A stretch of 63,735 bases of DNA, counting the filler, from Lenisia limosa (lineage: Eukaryota; Protista; Breviatea): assembly GCA_001655205.1 (NCBI GenBank). It is 13 parts of 13 records of this genome, joined end to end, with 100 filler letters (N's around TTAATTAATTAA, not from the genome) between each part and the next. Parts side by side here need not be neighbours in the genome. Positions count along the whole stretch, not along the records: positions 18,727 to 30,444 come from LPNZ01010245.1; positions 30,545 to 44,096 come from LPNZ01007666.1; 11 more parts are not named here. One strand, given 5' to 3'. The notes beneath the pieces are model-generated. The model was not told where the DNA came from. It saw nothing but the letters and a program-made list of their open reading frames with translations, and made no database searches. Shown in pieces: positions 22,871 to 36,737 of this stretch. Both the position numbers and the translations under genes were made by a program. Within the stretch, counting starts at the first letter, position 1. Every line of letters starts with the position of its first letter.

Positions 22871-25800
22871 TCACATGGGGTTGAGAAGGGGGGCGATTCG
22901 ATCTCATGGGCGACCTTGAAAAGCTTGATGGAGAAAATGGCGTATTTTGTGAAGGCGGTCTCTTCCTGTTTGGGTCAATTCTGAACTTTGGCAGAGGAGG
23001 GGCTTTAAATTTTTCAATTATTATTCAGGAATTCCCTTTGGATAATAATTCCCACTCACGTGAGGTTGAGATCTCGGAAGCTTTCTTCAAGGCTCATGGA
23101 ATGTGAGTTCAAGGAATTACCGAAGGAAGGAGAAATGAAGGAACCTGGAAGAGATCCAGATTCTTCGGATTCTAAAATGTCAGCTATTTGTTGGGAAGCC
23201 TCTCAAAGCAGGTTATCAAAGGGAGCACAGCGAACCATTATCAGCAACCCAGTCGTAATAGATCGGAGTGATCTGGTCACCGGATTCGGGAAGGTGGTAA
23301 GGGTCGAAGGGGAAGAAGCTGGCAACCATCTTCGAGGCTGCAACCCTGAAGCTGTCAGAATACTGATCNNNNNNNNNNNNNNNNNNNNNNNNNNNNNNNN
23401 NNNNNNNNNNNNNNNNNNNNNNNNNNNNNNNNNNNNNNNNNNNNNNNNNNNNNNNNNNNNNNNNNNNNNNNNNNNNNNNNNNNNNNCCTTGCTCCTTGGT
23501 CTCCTTCCAGACGTTTTCTCCATCAGGAATAGAGCTACAGGCATAAGCTGTCTGGTTGTTTTCTCTTTAAACCGCACAGATTATCGCCCAAACACAATAT
23601 TATCTCCCCCCCCCCCCCCNNNNNNNNNNNNNNNNNNNNNNNNNNNNNNNNNNNNNNNNNNNNNNNNNNNNNNNNNNNNNNNNNNNNNNNNNNNNNNNNN
23701 NNNNNNNNGGAATAATATTAGAGCTTCGCTTTCGGTTACAAAAGACTGAACAAATATCGATACTTATCAAGGAATTATCGAATTCCTTCTTTTTTGGAAC
23801 CGAAAGTGACCCTCCAAATAATATGCCTTTGCTTCAACATCAGATCGTTCACTCAAGTGCCTACATGAAGAGGAAGGAATTTGGAGTTGAGAATCCTGCC
23901 TATGCCAAGAGCGGAAAACGCAGCAACCGCATCGGACTCGAAGATTTGAGGGTATTTGAAGCAGATGACGTAGCAGAGGCCTACGGTAATTATCACCAGG
24001 TTGAAGCCTTGGATGAAACCACGGGCAGATGTGAAAATGTTAATAGGGAAATACTCCACTGCGAGCGCCACTCAAACTAACCTTGAATAGCAGTGTAGAG
24101 AAGGGTATGGTCTTGGGGCTTTTTAGGGGGAAGGGCGATGTGGGCTTTTTCGTCCAAATAAGAGTGAATGAACTCGGCAATGTCTTCAACAAAGGAGCGA
24201 AGAACCTCTGAAAATGGTCAAACTGCCACGAAAGGATAACATTGTAGTTTTACAAAACTGTGTAAGAACATGAAGAAATATGATATATTAAGAGTTTTTT
24301 TGCAGCAGGTCTCTATTGGAACTAGGACCACAAAGATTTTAAGAGGCAAGTCATCTAACCGTCAGATAGGAAGCGTGACCGCGCCATATACGATGCCATG
24401 TATGCAATGGAGGCGAGACGCAGCGGGAGACCCTGGTCTTTTGCCCGCATTTTGAAGGAGCAGAACCCAAGGAAGTACTATAGGGTGACGAAGCGATATA
24501 TAGCAATGAGAAATAAGGTTGGATCTGGCCGAAGCCAGTGACGAAGCGATATAGCAATTATGAGGTAGTGGTGTGATTGGTCATAAGGGCCCATAGCGTT
24601 CCCAAAAAATAATATTGGGCTTTTGAAAAGTATTAAACGTAGTCATATTTAGCCAGTAATACCTGGGGGTAGTCGGGGTGAAAACTTGAAGCGTAGAAGA
24701 CCAGGAACTGGACGTATTTCGACTGGTAAGTTGGGAGTAGATTGCGCTCAAACGTCTGAAAATGTGAGGAGTATGACAAAGGATAGATGAGAAAATAATG
24801 CAGTATCCTAAATAGAACCAAAAAAAATAATACCTGCAACCTCGTAAGCCTCTTTAGGCTTAATAAAGCGTAATGTGATGTATAATATTCATAAAAAGCT
24901 CAATAATAAAAAAGAAAAAAGAATTCCTTCATACCACAAGGAGAACGGAGTAAACTTCATTGCAAATATCAGGGCTAACTTTGGCGATGTCTGAGAGTGT
25001 CAATGAGCAAAAAGCAGGCTGACTCTAGAAAACAGAGATATGCAGCAGGAGTATTCATGTAGTAGCTAGAAACACTGAATTCGTCACCCTCGATACACTT
25101 ATCAAAATTTCACCAAATCCAAAGCCCAAAGTATACTTTGCAATGGGGCACTGAGCCTGTGTTTAGCGAATCAGAAAACTCAAAATCCCACTGTACAACC
25201 CTACTCAGGGTTTCACATGGACCCCAACTTCAAACTGACATGATGAAACGACCCTCACTTTCTCATTCTCTACCCCGAAAAGATGGTTACAAACCGTTTT
25301 GCTTATTATCTACTGATCATAGGAATAACATAACCTAATCAAGTAGGATAATTTTCGCACTCGAACTATTTCTTTTTAAAGAGTGCCATGAATGATACCA
25401 CGCTCTCTCAACTTGAGAGAGAATCCCAACAAAGGCTTTAACACGTACCCCGGTCTTATCTCACGAGGGCAACGTCTGACACGCTTGGGTCCATATAAAC
25501 CCTCAGGTTAAAGGTTCCCCATCGACACCATCCGACTGTTGATGAACTATTGCTAACTCTCTGGTCGAATGTGATCCTCAATTGCAGCCAAGGGCCTAAC
25601 AATCTCCACAAATAGAATTGCAATAAAATCACGAGTATTCTCGGTTACTTGATTCTAGTGGATAAGACGACGGACAAGCTGACATTTAACAGCGAAAAAA
25701 AAGAGAAATATGACCACAACTTAGCAAATATTACAGATCGATAAGGTTGAAACAAGAATGTTGTTATGATAACTCCTTTTTGGAGCAAATCAGATTGCCT

Positions 25801-27617
25801 CTCAAGCGCAAAGGACACTCCACTTCTAGCAGGTAAAAGCCCCAAACCTCGAATGTAGTCCAAGGTTGCTCCCATGAAAAAGTCCAGCTTTGTGATAAGC
25901 ATTTCATTTCGAGCTGAGTCATTCTAGTTCATCAAAATCGAGTAAAACCTGTGGGAAGCAGAAAGCACCGCAAACAAAACCAATACAAAGAGTATATATG
26001 TGTCCTTATGGACAAGAAGCAGAAAAGATACCCATCCACACCTTGGCTTGGAACGGTACATTTGGTCCGTCATCGTCACCCAGAATAGGCCCGGAGTGAT
26101 CATCATCGCCTTGGTCATGGTCATGATCCTCGTCATATCCGGGCCGGTCGTCATCGTCATCGCTCGAGCCCCCAATGCAAAATAACTCTTCATGACGGAT
26201 AACAGCCTAGGGGGGAGAACAGATTAAGTAAGGGTGGATTTTGGTATCTTGGTTAAGGTACACTAGAAGACAGTAACCCCTTAAACCGGTTGATCAACAT
26301 CAGAATCGTCGTCATCTTCAAGGCGAATTTCAGCCTTGATAGTCAAAACAAAGAAGAGAAGTACACCAATCACAATATACGTACATAATTCTTTTGAAAC
26401 TTCATTGACTCGTGAAGATTTTATTTGGTCCATAATTAATCGATCGTTCCCCCTCCCCACATCAACAGGAAGCATGGCTTTGACAAAGATCACTAAAAGA
26501 GCATCTCTCAATTTGGCATTACTCTTTCCAAGGACGCTAAGACTAATGATCATGCATTTGAGAGAGTTGAGAGACAGCGTACTAAAATATCAGTCAGGAT
26601 AGGGACAAGACAGACAACTCAGCATGAGAAATTATTCGAAATAGAGAAAAGAGAGAAAAATGGCTTTTGATAAATAAAAAGAGATAATAGAATTGAATCC
26701 AGCAACCCTGTCAAAAGAGCACCTCCCCTTCCCACTCGGTGATCAGTTCACGGGAAACAATTTCCAAAAACTGATGTTGCGAAGAAGGAACTACGAGAAG
26801 GGCTTTGCTCAGGAACTCCAACACCCTACGGTGCCCAACAAGGGTTACAGGATCAACAATCATATCATCAACTGGAGGGGGGGGGGGNNNNNNNNNNNNN
26901 NNNNNNNNNNNNNNNNNNNNNNNNNNNNNNNNNNNNNNNNNNNNNNNNNNNNNNNNNNNNNATGGTGAAAAGGTCACAAAAAACTACACAATCTCAATGC
27001 TCACTTGTTGTATTCGCGTTTGCTTGGAGGGAAGACACTGCCTTCTTGTAGATATGCCCAATGAAGTTTCTATTAAGAGTTAAGTAGTCCATAATTATCA
27101 GAATGTCCAAGTTGAATACAAGGATCAAGTGTTATGTGTTTTCAAGCAATAGACCAGAAAAAGGCTCAGAAAACGATGGAATAACGTCAATAAATAAATA
27201 AATAAATAAAACAAGCATCTTCGTCAATTTTTAGGGCCATCAGCTTACCCGCAACTTGACATGATGTTAATGAAGAACGAAGCAGTCAGCTTTGCGACTC
27301 GAAGACTGGGGAAGTGGAAGTCCGCGAGAAGAAGGCAAATTTCAAACAGTTCCGAAGACCTGTCCCCAAATACTAAAATAGTTACAACAACAGGGTCTGG
27401 GGGAAGGAATACCGTCGATGAGACCATTCACACAAGAGAACCAGATAGCTCTACTAGATTCATCTAGGTCCCCAGCAGCAAGTTGAGCTCTCATTTGATT
27501 GACAATTGCCCTGTAGTTCTCATGATTAGAAGTAACAGCGTTTTTGAGGTGCGAGCGCATTGTGACCACTCGGTCAATTTCTTGTTGAGACAATATTTCA
27601 TCTTGTTTAATCGACAT
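22871..27617 (-). CDS. RRN3: RNA polymerase I initiation factor RRN3 / TIF-IA, multi-exon
   Basis: Exons give LRDALLVIFVKAMLPVDAEIRLEDDD, KLDFFMGATLDYI, HTLLYTAIQGLCYVICFKYP, GRILNSKFLPLH and SFFPFDPYHLPESGDQITPIYYDW. The last matches the conserved RRN3 C-terminal FFPFDP..L..S...I.P.Y..W. Confidence 0.85.
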
Positions 27618-27973
27618 TTTGATTAGTTTTTAAGAAAAGGAAGCACTAGTTGTATTCACCTAATGCACCATTACATTATTAACAAATATAACAACAAAAA
27701 AGTTATATATATCAACTAAATATCTGCAGATTATAATCAAGATGAACCAGAAAGAACCAAACGGAAGAAGAACAAAATAAAAAACTTAACAAGTCTCCGA
27801 GACAACTTTGCTATTTTCACCAAAATTTTTTATAATTTTGAAAGTACTTGACTCGCTTTCACTTTTCTTGTAGTGTACGACTCAGAAGTCACTATCTATT
27901 ATCAAAACTCCTTTGACATTCTTTCACATTAGACCCTTATTCCCTGTGACTACTTTCAGCAGTTTATTTTATA

Positions 27974-30250
27974 ATGAGTGATACCGAACAGAATTATGAT
28001 GAGCCTGTGAGTTGGGAGAGATTGGTTGATTGATAGATATAATATAGATTGTCTTTTCTGTATTGCTGTCTTGATATATTTGCATAATTGTGTCTTTTAG
28101 ACGACATTGAACTTCACGGCTGTATTTCATTTTTTTTATAGATTGCTCAAGAGCCTACTTACTCTGACGAAGAGCCTGCTATGAAGTCTGACATCGAGGA
28201 TGAACCTCTTGCCACTGAGGAAATCCAAGTTGAAGACGATGTTCTTTCCGAAAAGGAGGAAGACCACGTCATGTCAGAGAAGGAAGACGAGGAGCCGTAT
28301 AAATCCGACAACGAAGCTGTTGTTGATGATGAGCCCATCGAGTATGCCGATGAGCCTCTTGATGATGAACCTGCCCTTTCTGAGAAGGAAGACATCGCTT
28401 CCAAGTCTGATGACGATCTTGTTGAAGATGATGTTGTTGAGGATGATGTTAAGGAGGACACCTATGCTGATGAAGAGCTGAAGGCAGAGTCTGAGGACGA
28501 CAAGGACGAGCCCCTTTCTGATGGTGAAAAAGAAGCCGCAGTGTCCAACCTCTCTGATGTTGAGAAGGAAGAAGATTTCCCGGAGAAACATGGTGATCAC
28601 ATCTCTGAAGGTGACCTTGACGACTACCAGCCTGCCGATGAGACTGAAGAGTCTGCTGAACGTGTTGCTGAGCTCGAAGATGAGCTCCGCCGTACCAAGA
28701 AGGTTGGAAGGACCAATCAGATTTGTTCATGACCCCGTTCTATGTTTCTAAAGTGCCCCATTTCTGCCAGCTTGGGGTTGTCTTGGTTGAATAATGCTAA
28801 TTGGAGGACAAATTTAATGATACTATTTTGACAAAGAGCTGAAGGCCAGACTCCTTTAATCATCCTGCTGTTATTTTGTTTCAATTTCGTTTCACGAGAT
28901 TTCANNNNNNNNNNNNNNNNNNNNNNNNNNNNNNNNNNNNNNNNNNNNNNNNNNNNNNNNNNNNNNNNNNNNNNNNNNNNNNNNNNNNNNNNNNNNNNNN
29001 NNNNNNNNNNNNNNNNNNNNNNNNNNNNNNNNNNNNNNNNNNNNNNNNNNNNNNNNNNNNNNNNNNNNNNNNNNNNNNNNNNNNNNTCAGATGGAAATTG
29101 ACGAGCAAGCCTCTATGATCGAACAACTCCAGGAGCAGTGGGTTTGGATGCTGTATCTTTGTATTTTGTTTCTAGTCTGATATGTCCACAGCTGTAAGGT
29201 GAATATTTGGGTGAATTAATATTACTTTGATCCAATATCTCTAAGAAGCATGATGTGTGGACGACTTCGGCCAGATACAACCTTGTTTTTATTTTTCTCT
29301 TTTCTATCTATAATGATATTCTTGTGGCTTAAAATTTCATGTTTTTTTTTAAAAGTAAATATCCATATAGTGTGGATAACGACTGCAGGTCCATCAACAT
29401 GTCTGGAATTGAGCCTGACACAGCCATGATGGATGAGGACCGCAAACAAGTGCGCTAGGGGGGGGGGGGGNNNNNNNNNNNNNNNNNNNNNNNNNNNNNN
29501 NNNNNNNNNNNNNNNNNNNNNNNNNNNNNNNNNNNNNNNNNNNNNNNNNNNNNNNNNNCTCATTTCGATATTATTTCTGGTCTTTTGGACCAACGTAAAG
29601 GCAGACTAGCCCAATAACACAGTAGGTTGAAGCCGAACGTGACGAGCTTTCTGAGAAGCTTGCTGCCATGGAAGCCGAGCTCGATCGCTCCAAGGTCATG
29701 AGCGGTGGGAGGGGGAGATATAATTATTTTGAGTGGTGCAATTGCTTCTTAATTTACTCTCATTATTGTTGATGGTTCTCAACGTGTCACTCCGAAAACA
29801 TGTTCAACTCAATACGGTTGTTTGACCACTCAGGCGCCTCCCCCGACGAACGTGTCAACCTTCTTGAGCAGAGCCTTGCCGAAGTTGAGGAGGAGAAGGA
29901 TGCACTCGAGCGCCAGCGCAACAAGCTCAAGCGCCAAGTCGAGGAGGCTGAAAGTGGGTGGTCTTTGGCTCCGGAGGAGGAGGCGTGGCAAGAAGTCCCC
30001 CTCCTCTAAATTATCCAATTTTACTCTATTTTGAAAGAATGTTTGGAGATTGCTTCACACATTAGGCCGCATTGAGGAAGAAGAGGAAGAGAAGAACACT
30101 GCTCTAACCGAAGCACAGCGCCTTGCTTCCGAGGTTCAGGTATGGGGTTAATAAATGCTTCCTGCAAGACGCTGGTATCAAATTGCAGTTGTGTTGTTTT
30201 CTTTTCAACAGTTAAGACGGAAGAAGCTCTTACCGCAGAGAATATTACGA
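27974..30250 (+). CDS. Acidic N-terminal / coiled-coil protein of unknown identity; 3' end uncertain
   Basis: ATG at 27974 (MSDTEQNYDEP|gt), a long D/E-rich exon 28142-28702, then heptad-like exons (VEAERDELSEKLAAMEAELDRSK; RVNLLEQSLAEVEEEKDALERQRNKLKRQVEE). Confidence 0.7.
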
Positions 30251-30488
30251 ACTGAAACAATAGTTTCGCTTTGGTCTGACTAAGAATATGAAAATGTTGA
30301 TATTTTTCGTCCAATGTTTTGTTGTTTTCAAACCTCTTGTGTTGCTAACCAGATTTGATTTTGTGCACTTTTTTTGTTTTTGTGTTTCATAAATTTTTCC
30401 AATTCACTGCGGTGCTGCAAAAGCGACCGGCCTGAGCTTTGTTTNNNNNNNNNNNNNNNNNNNNNNNNNNNNNNNNNNNNNNNNNNNN

Positions 30489-30500
30489 TTAATTAATTAA
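30489..30500. other. Assembly linker TTAATTAATTAA (one of 12)
   Basis: Identical 12-mer with stops in all six frames, always embedded in N runs. Confidence 0.9.
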
Positions 30501-30565
30501 NNNNNNNNNNNNNNNNNNNNNNNNNNNNNNNNNNNNNNNNNNNNTGTCAACCCCCCCCCCCCCAG

Positions 30566-33407
30566 GACCTCTTTGCCCAGATCATCATTGACGACCCCAA
30601 CGTTTGTGTGGCCATTCTACAGCTCTGCCACGTCTTTTCTGACGCCATTCCAACCAAACACCGAGATGCATCTTGTGTCTGGGTAGGCTTTGTTGATATG
30701 TATGGATCGGACGCTTTATCTTCATGCTAAACAAACGATGTGCACTCATTTCTTAGTTTGTGAAAGCCATGGAGGAAACGGAGATTGTCAACAATCACGT
30801 CATTCGGCTTCTGGCCAAATTCTCAGTGATGCACACCCTCAAAACTGACCTCAGTATTGTAAGAGGCTGCGTATCTCTTATATTTTGGGGGGTTCTCTTT
30901 TTGGGTTGAACTTCTATCGTGTTTATAGCAAGTTTAGCCACCCTAACACCTCCCCAGTTGTTGAACATTGCCAAAGACATCAAGACAGTAGTCAGCCCAA
31001 TGGATGCAGTGACGCAGCTGTCTCAAGTCAAAACGGCTGGTGAGGGCGGTGGCTGTCTTTAAGATACGCAACGCAGCCAACTTCATGAATTAACAAATGG
31101 TCTTTATTTTTGCAACCCACGTATTCCTTTTTGGGATTTGTCAGTTTTATTCTATTTTTACCTTTTTTACACCAGCAGACATTTACCGCATTATTGTCCC
31201 CGAAACAACGCCGGCAATGTGCACTGGTTTCTTCCAAGGAGTGGAGAGGTGTCTAAGGTATGAACAAGAGAAAGCGGATATCNNNNNNNNNNNNNNNNNN
31301 NNNNNNNTACTACATGTAGTATATTAGCTAATGTTATGATCGTTTGCATTTTGCATCACGTTCTAGTGAAATTGAACATGCACTGAGTCTCTTAAGAGGT
31401 ACCTTAGCTGCAGGAGATGAGGAAGGTCGGGGAGGGGGGGAGTAAGTAATCACACCTATAAGAACAGTATTGNNNNNNNNNNNNNNNNNNNNNNNNNNNN
31501 NNNNAGTATTTGCCAAGCTGACCATTTAGACGGAGTGATGCTCAAAGATGTCGACCCTCTCGAGAAGGCCCTCTTCATCCGTCTTGACCAGGTACGGGAA
31601 TGCTTTGAGGGTCTGTATGAGGATCAAGAGTTGTGGATAAGGATCAGTCTGCAGTGTTCACTAATTTGATAATACCTCTCAGTTGGGGAAGGGTATCAGG
31701 AACCCTGATAGACCGATTTCAGCTGTTTTACACCCCATTTTCTCCCCTCCCCCCTAGGCATGCTCAGTGGTGGCCGAAACAAACAACATTGCCTACCCAT
31801 CTGCAATCATTGACCTCGCGTTGAAGGTATGCTTTCTGCATTGTCGTTCTTTGACGTTTTGACGGTCTGAAATACAGTACCAGAAACTATTTTGATTAGA
31901 GTGGTCTTTTATTTCACAAGCAACCCTTATTCACACCTAGGCCAATTTCCGCCTCTGCAAAACACTTGTTGCCACCGCCCGCTATGTATGATGGTTCCCA
32001 CTGACTTTTCAAGATTTATTGACATATTATATCGGGTCAAGATTTATCGAAATATATCGGGGGGGGGGGTGTCCGTTACCCTCCCTTTCTCGCGTTTTTT
32101 TGCCAAATGAGCTTCTCAGTTTTGCAGTTTCCTTCTTTGTCATCCCCCAGATTATCAGTCGGAAGACGCTGCCGTCAAATGCCTTCCAAAACCTGGTCAA
32201 AACGGCTGGCCGCGACCTCATGCCCGAGATATACAAGTTCCTCACGGGCTATGAGGTATGTTGGGATACATAATACCTGTTTTTCTATACATATCTGCTG
32301 TTGTGCATGTATTCTGAATCTTTGCTCGATTCGAGACTGTATGAAGGCACCTTGTCTTGCCAGTACCGAGTTTGGTTGCTTCTCACCAACAGCAACATGA
32401 AGTCGTGGACAACCAGAAGAACAGCAAACGAATCGACAGAGAACAGAAGGTAGGCCAAGGCGTTTCAAAACAACTCCCGTGTGACCCCTCTACTTTTCAT
32501 GATGTACAACTTTGAGTTACCGTTTAGACGGTGTCAGACCTGGTGTTCACGATTGAGACATTCGACACCCTGATCTTGAAGATCCAGAGAGTCCAGAAAG
32601 GCAAGGTCAATCTATCACAGTATCTGCAAAGGACCCAGTCACGTGACTTCAGAATCAAGACGAAGGATATTCATTTCGTAAGCAGAGTAACCTTGGGAAT
32701 AATGCTATGATGTTCAACGATACATAGAATGATGGAATACTAAGTTCACAGTGCATGCCCAAAGAATTTCTATCTCGTGAGTAGTAGTGTATCATACAGT
32801 ATATCTATATCCATATGATGTACTTTGATCCCTTTGACCCTCCCTGTTGTGGCAACTTGATTTTTTTTTTTTTTTTTNNNNNNNNNNNNNNNNNNNNNNN
32901 NNNNNNNNNNNNNNNNNNNNNNNNNNNNNNNNNNNNNNNNNNNNNNNNNNNNNNNNNNNNNNNNNNNNNNNNNNNNNNNNNNNNNNNNNNNNNNNNNNNN
33001 NNNNNNNNNNNNNNNNNNNNNNNNNNNNNNNNNNNNNNNNNNNNNNNNNNNNNNNNNNNNNNNNNNNNNNNNNNNNNNNNNCATGTTACCGGAAGAGGAG
33101 AAGGACCAAGGAGCCGACCCCGCGCCGGTTGAAGTGAGGGAGGAAGGGATTTTGTATTATTGTGCTATTTTAGTTCATTCAATCCCAACTTTTTCCTACC
33201 GATTTATAGTTTAGGATGAAGCTATGGAAGCTGAAGATGATGATGATGAAGATGAAGAGGACATCCCAATCGAGGAAGTAGGCCGGGAAACAGATGATGC
33301 TTGTCGATTTTTGAAATTGGAGCTCGTTGTTAATATTTTAGTCGTATAAGAGGCCGGCAGCTGAAGATGATGACGATGAAGACGATGATGATGAGGAGGA
33401 ATATTAG
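30566..33407 (+). CDS. FANCI: Fanconi anemia group I protein, 3' part; 5' part lost at linker 30489
   Basis: FQNLVKTAGRDLMPEIYKFL and SDLVFTIETFDTLILKI..GKVNLSQYLQRTQSRDFRIK match the FANCI C-terminus (PNLIF.IE.YE..LI.L..K.KVNL.Q......RDF.IK). Acidic tail, then TAG at 33405-33407. Confidence 0.85.
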
Positions 33408-33599
33408 ATTCTCTTTTTATTATTGTATTATTATAATTGTACATATACTACTACAGATCGATTGAACGAACAGACCAAACTCATCTTTGGTATCAATCAC
33501 AAGTGGGAGTTGTAACCGCAACACAGAGGAAAGCAACAATGTACTATTACGATATATTCAAAATAGACGATGCCTGAAACAGAAACTAGCGAACGTATA

Positions 33600-35900
33600 C
33601 TTCCAGCGTTTGGGCACCAGTGTCATTTGCATCACAACTGCGAAGAACGCTCCATCCGTTCATTGATGAGTACGATGAATACCCCGAGTCTAGAGGGGAT
33701 GAAAGGGGTCTGATCGATGGGAAAACCGGTTTGAAGCTCAACATACTCTGGGACCCGACAGTTGAGAGATAATTAGAAAGCAGTGTGTTGACACATCCAT
33801 TATTGAGGCAACGGTACGTGTCGCCATGCCCCTAAGGAGTGAAAAACAATCTGTGCAACTCTTTTTGGCTTGTAGATGTCAAATACACCCTTCCCAAGAT
33901 GAGGTAATCACACATTAATAATCGAAATAAATAATAATAAAAAAATTGGTATGTAGAAATACGTAAAAGAACAATAACTCTCATTACCAACCACAAAAGT
34001 TGACGTGGCCGAAATGCCGATGTCGCCGCCGCGGGCCGTGAGCGAAACGTCCAGACAGGTGCATGTCGAACATGGAGTACTGCCCGAACCGGTCCGACCT
34101 ACGTGGTGACGTGTTGGATTGATACTGGATTGGTCTGGGGTGACAGGTGTTGGATTGAAGTACAAGCTAAGCCCCCCCCCCCCCCCNNNNNNNNNNNNNN
34201 NNNNNNNNNNNNNNNNNNNNNNNNNNNNNNNNNNNNNNNNNNNNNNNNNNNNNNNNNNNNNNNNNNNNNNNNNNNNNNNNNNNNNNNNNNNNNNNNNNNN
34301 NNNNNNNNNNNNNNNNNNNNNNNNNNNNNNNNNNNNNNNNNNNNNNNNNNNNNNNNNNNNNNNNNNNNNNNNNNNNNNNNNNNNNTTGAGCGATGTACCC
34401 CCCGCACCCATTTTGAGAGATCAGAGACGTCAAGGGGGACACACCCATGAAGTACGATGTTCCGTCCTGATATTGTAAACTTGGGGGGATTTGCTTCCTC
34501 ACATACGGCACAATCAATTCACCCACATTCTTGAGAAGGCTGATGTCATTTGAGGCGTATCGGATGGACTTGGAACCGGCTGAATCATGAATGTGGGGGG
34601 GGTGTGTGTAATGTAGAACAGACCTGAGGAGATGGGCATGAAGAAATACAAATAGAGGACGCTATTATAAAAACAATACCCCCCATACATAACGTTCCGG
34701 TGTGATATGCGAGAGTCCATGCTCCTCCATCAATATCCTCACGGCAGTAAACGTCTGTGGTGGTCTGTGCGGTCAGAAAAACAATAGACGCTTATTTCAC
34801 AACAGAAGAAAACGCCACCATGCGCCCACATTTGCGTTTTTGAGGGTGTAGTAGCCGGAGCCGAGACTGGCAAGGTCCTGACACTTCATAGGTAACCCAC
34901 ATGTCATATTGGCCGACCAGCCGGCTTGTGTACACGTCAATATTGAGTCCTTGGGTGGGTATGTGTCAGTGGGACAAGTTCCCTAAAGAGGTCACCACTT
35001 ATCTGCTTTTATGGTCATCATTTGCTTGTAAAAGTGTTTGATATATTATACATATATAGATACAATATGATTACCAACCCAATCAACTAGTATATATTTG
35101 AGCCATATCAAAAAACTCTCAAACAGTCAGAACAGCAACAGCGCTGATGTAGTCGGAGCCGTATTTGACATCTGACAGTTCCAACGACATTCCAAAAGAG
35201 GTGGTAGGGAGATTACTTAGACAATCTAAGGAAATAAGGACAACTATCATCAACAAAAAATGATTGTGAGGCCATATTAGATGAAAATGAACGTTTACGT
35301 TCCTACTTTGGACTAAATTTGACTTCATGTATTTCTGAATGGTGAGTAAAAAACTATTTTTTTTGAACAAAAAAATACATCACATCTTCAAACTCTTATT
35401 TTATACTCTATAATACTTATTTTTGGAATACAATCTATGAAAGTATACACCAAAAATCAAATCTAACCAGTGTCAATACATCATCATCGTGTGTCGGCTG
35501 AGCTTCAACCCTAGAGAATTAATAGTGACACGTACTTATTATTTGCGATATTGATATAAACTCTTTTTATATTCAATTAGAATTATCATATCATATACTA
35601 TGATATGATTTGCATGACATATCTTAATTCTTCATGAAAGCTGTCTCAATGAATATTGTATTTTAGAATTTCAAAAAATTCCTCATACCTCAAGGTATTC
35701 AAACAGATTATTCCCTCAGGATTAACTCCAACAAATGCAGAAACGTTCTGAAGTAAAACGGCCACTCTGAATGAATGAGATGTGGAATGGAGAATAGAAC
35801 GTTGAGAAATTTAACGGACCAGTGCTTATTTGGCAATCACTCCATTTTTGATTGATTGCTGATAACTACAATTTTCCAAAATGACTAAATGAACAAATGA
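33600..35900 (-). CDS. Cys-rich probable secreted protein with fibrinogen-like YCxxxxxGGxW domain (paralog 1); ends uncertain
   Basis: Exons VEAQPTHDDDVLTL; CLSNLPTTSFGMSLELSDVKYGSDYI; GTCPTDTYPPKDSILTCTQAGWSANMTCGLPMKCQDLASLGSGYYTLKNANVGA; TTTDVYCREDIDGGAWTLAY. Confidence 0.65.
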
Positions 35901-36737
35901 ATGACAAAGAATATGCTGTAAATATTATGACTAACACATAATCATTTTCTAAAGGGCCAATACTATGCCGATTGAAAAGTGGTAAATTAATAATTCACCC
36001 GACAAGTAACAGGGGAGGTGTTTGCAATCATCAATGAAAACGAACCCATAGTTTGGTGGTTTTGATATCTAGGCTGGTATTTTTTCTGTTTTTAAACAAA
36101 TCGCTTCTCAGATACTTATCATACCAACCTCCCAAAAGCTGCAATCAATCGGTAAGGAAGAGCTAGGTACTCGGGTTATAATCATCCCATTTATTACTAT
36201 TACTATGATAATTATTTTGACATTTGATATGATAAATATATTTAATAATGCATTCTAGCCCGCCCTTCTTTATGTATTGTTAGCACCCTGCATCCACCCA
36301 AGAACCCAGCAAACATTACAAAGTGAACGATCTTCACTGTACACATTTCAGGAATATTTTTATCTTCTCTGATGTTCTCTGAAAATACTACTCAGTTCTC
36401 TACTCTCTGTTAACAAGCCTCCACTGATGTTTTGTTTTCTTGATGGTTTGATTAATGGTTTAATAGTTGGTTTTTGGGAGATATTTGTTCCCTTCTAGAT
36501 CAAAGATCATTAATTTTTTGAATGCAGTCATTTCTAATTTTTCTGTTCATTTTTTTTTAGGTTTGTGAGGTGTAGAACTGTAGTGTGGGTGTAGCAGTTA
36601 AATAGCATCAAAAGTTGGAAAGGAAAATTCGTAGTTTGGTGGCAAGGTTAATGATGGCTTGGAAGTGCACTTATCAGTTGCTCTCTTCAACCTTCTCTTG
36701 TGTTATACAATCGTGTTAAGTTAAAATTCAATTCCAC

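Noticed and set aside
23060-23749. 229-aa + strand ORF
   Set aside because: Antisense to RRN3 3' exons and spans N gaps.
23830-23870. In-frame TGA after RRN3 LPLH, suggesting readthrough or an alternative genetic code
   Set aside because: A gtaggc donor (also used in the SOD gene) lies immediately before it. Conserved Trp residues use TGG, and TAA, TAG and TGA all end genes in this window.
17466-27617. Pol I functional cluster (Pol5/MYBBP1A with RRN3)
   Set aside because: Separated by the linker at 18671, so linkage is not established.
27974-33407. One gene fusing the acidic coiled-coil exons to FANCI
   Set aside because: The linker at 30489 separates them, and the upstream exons do not resemble the FANCI N-terminus.
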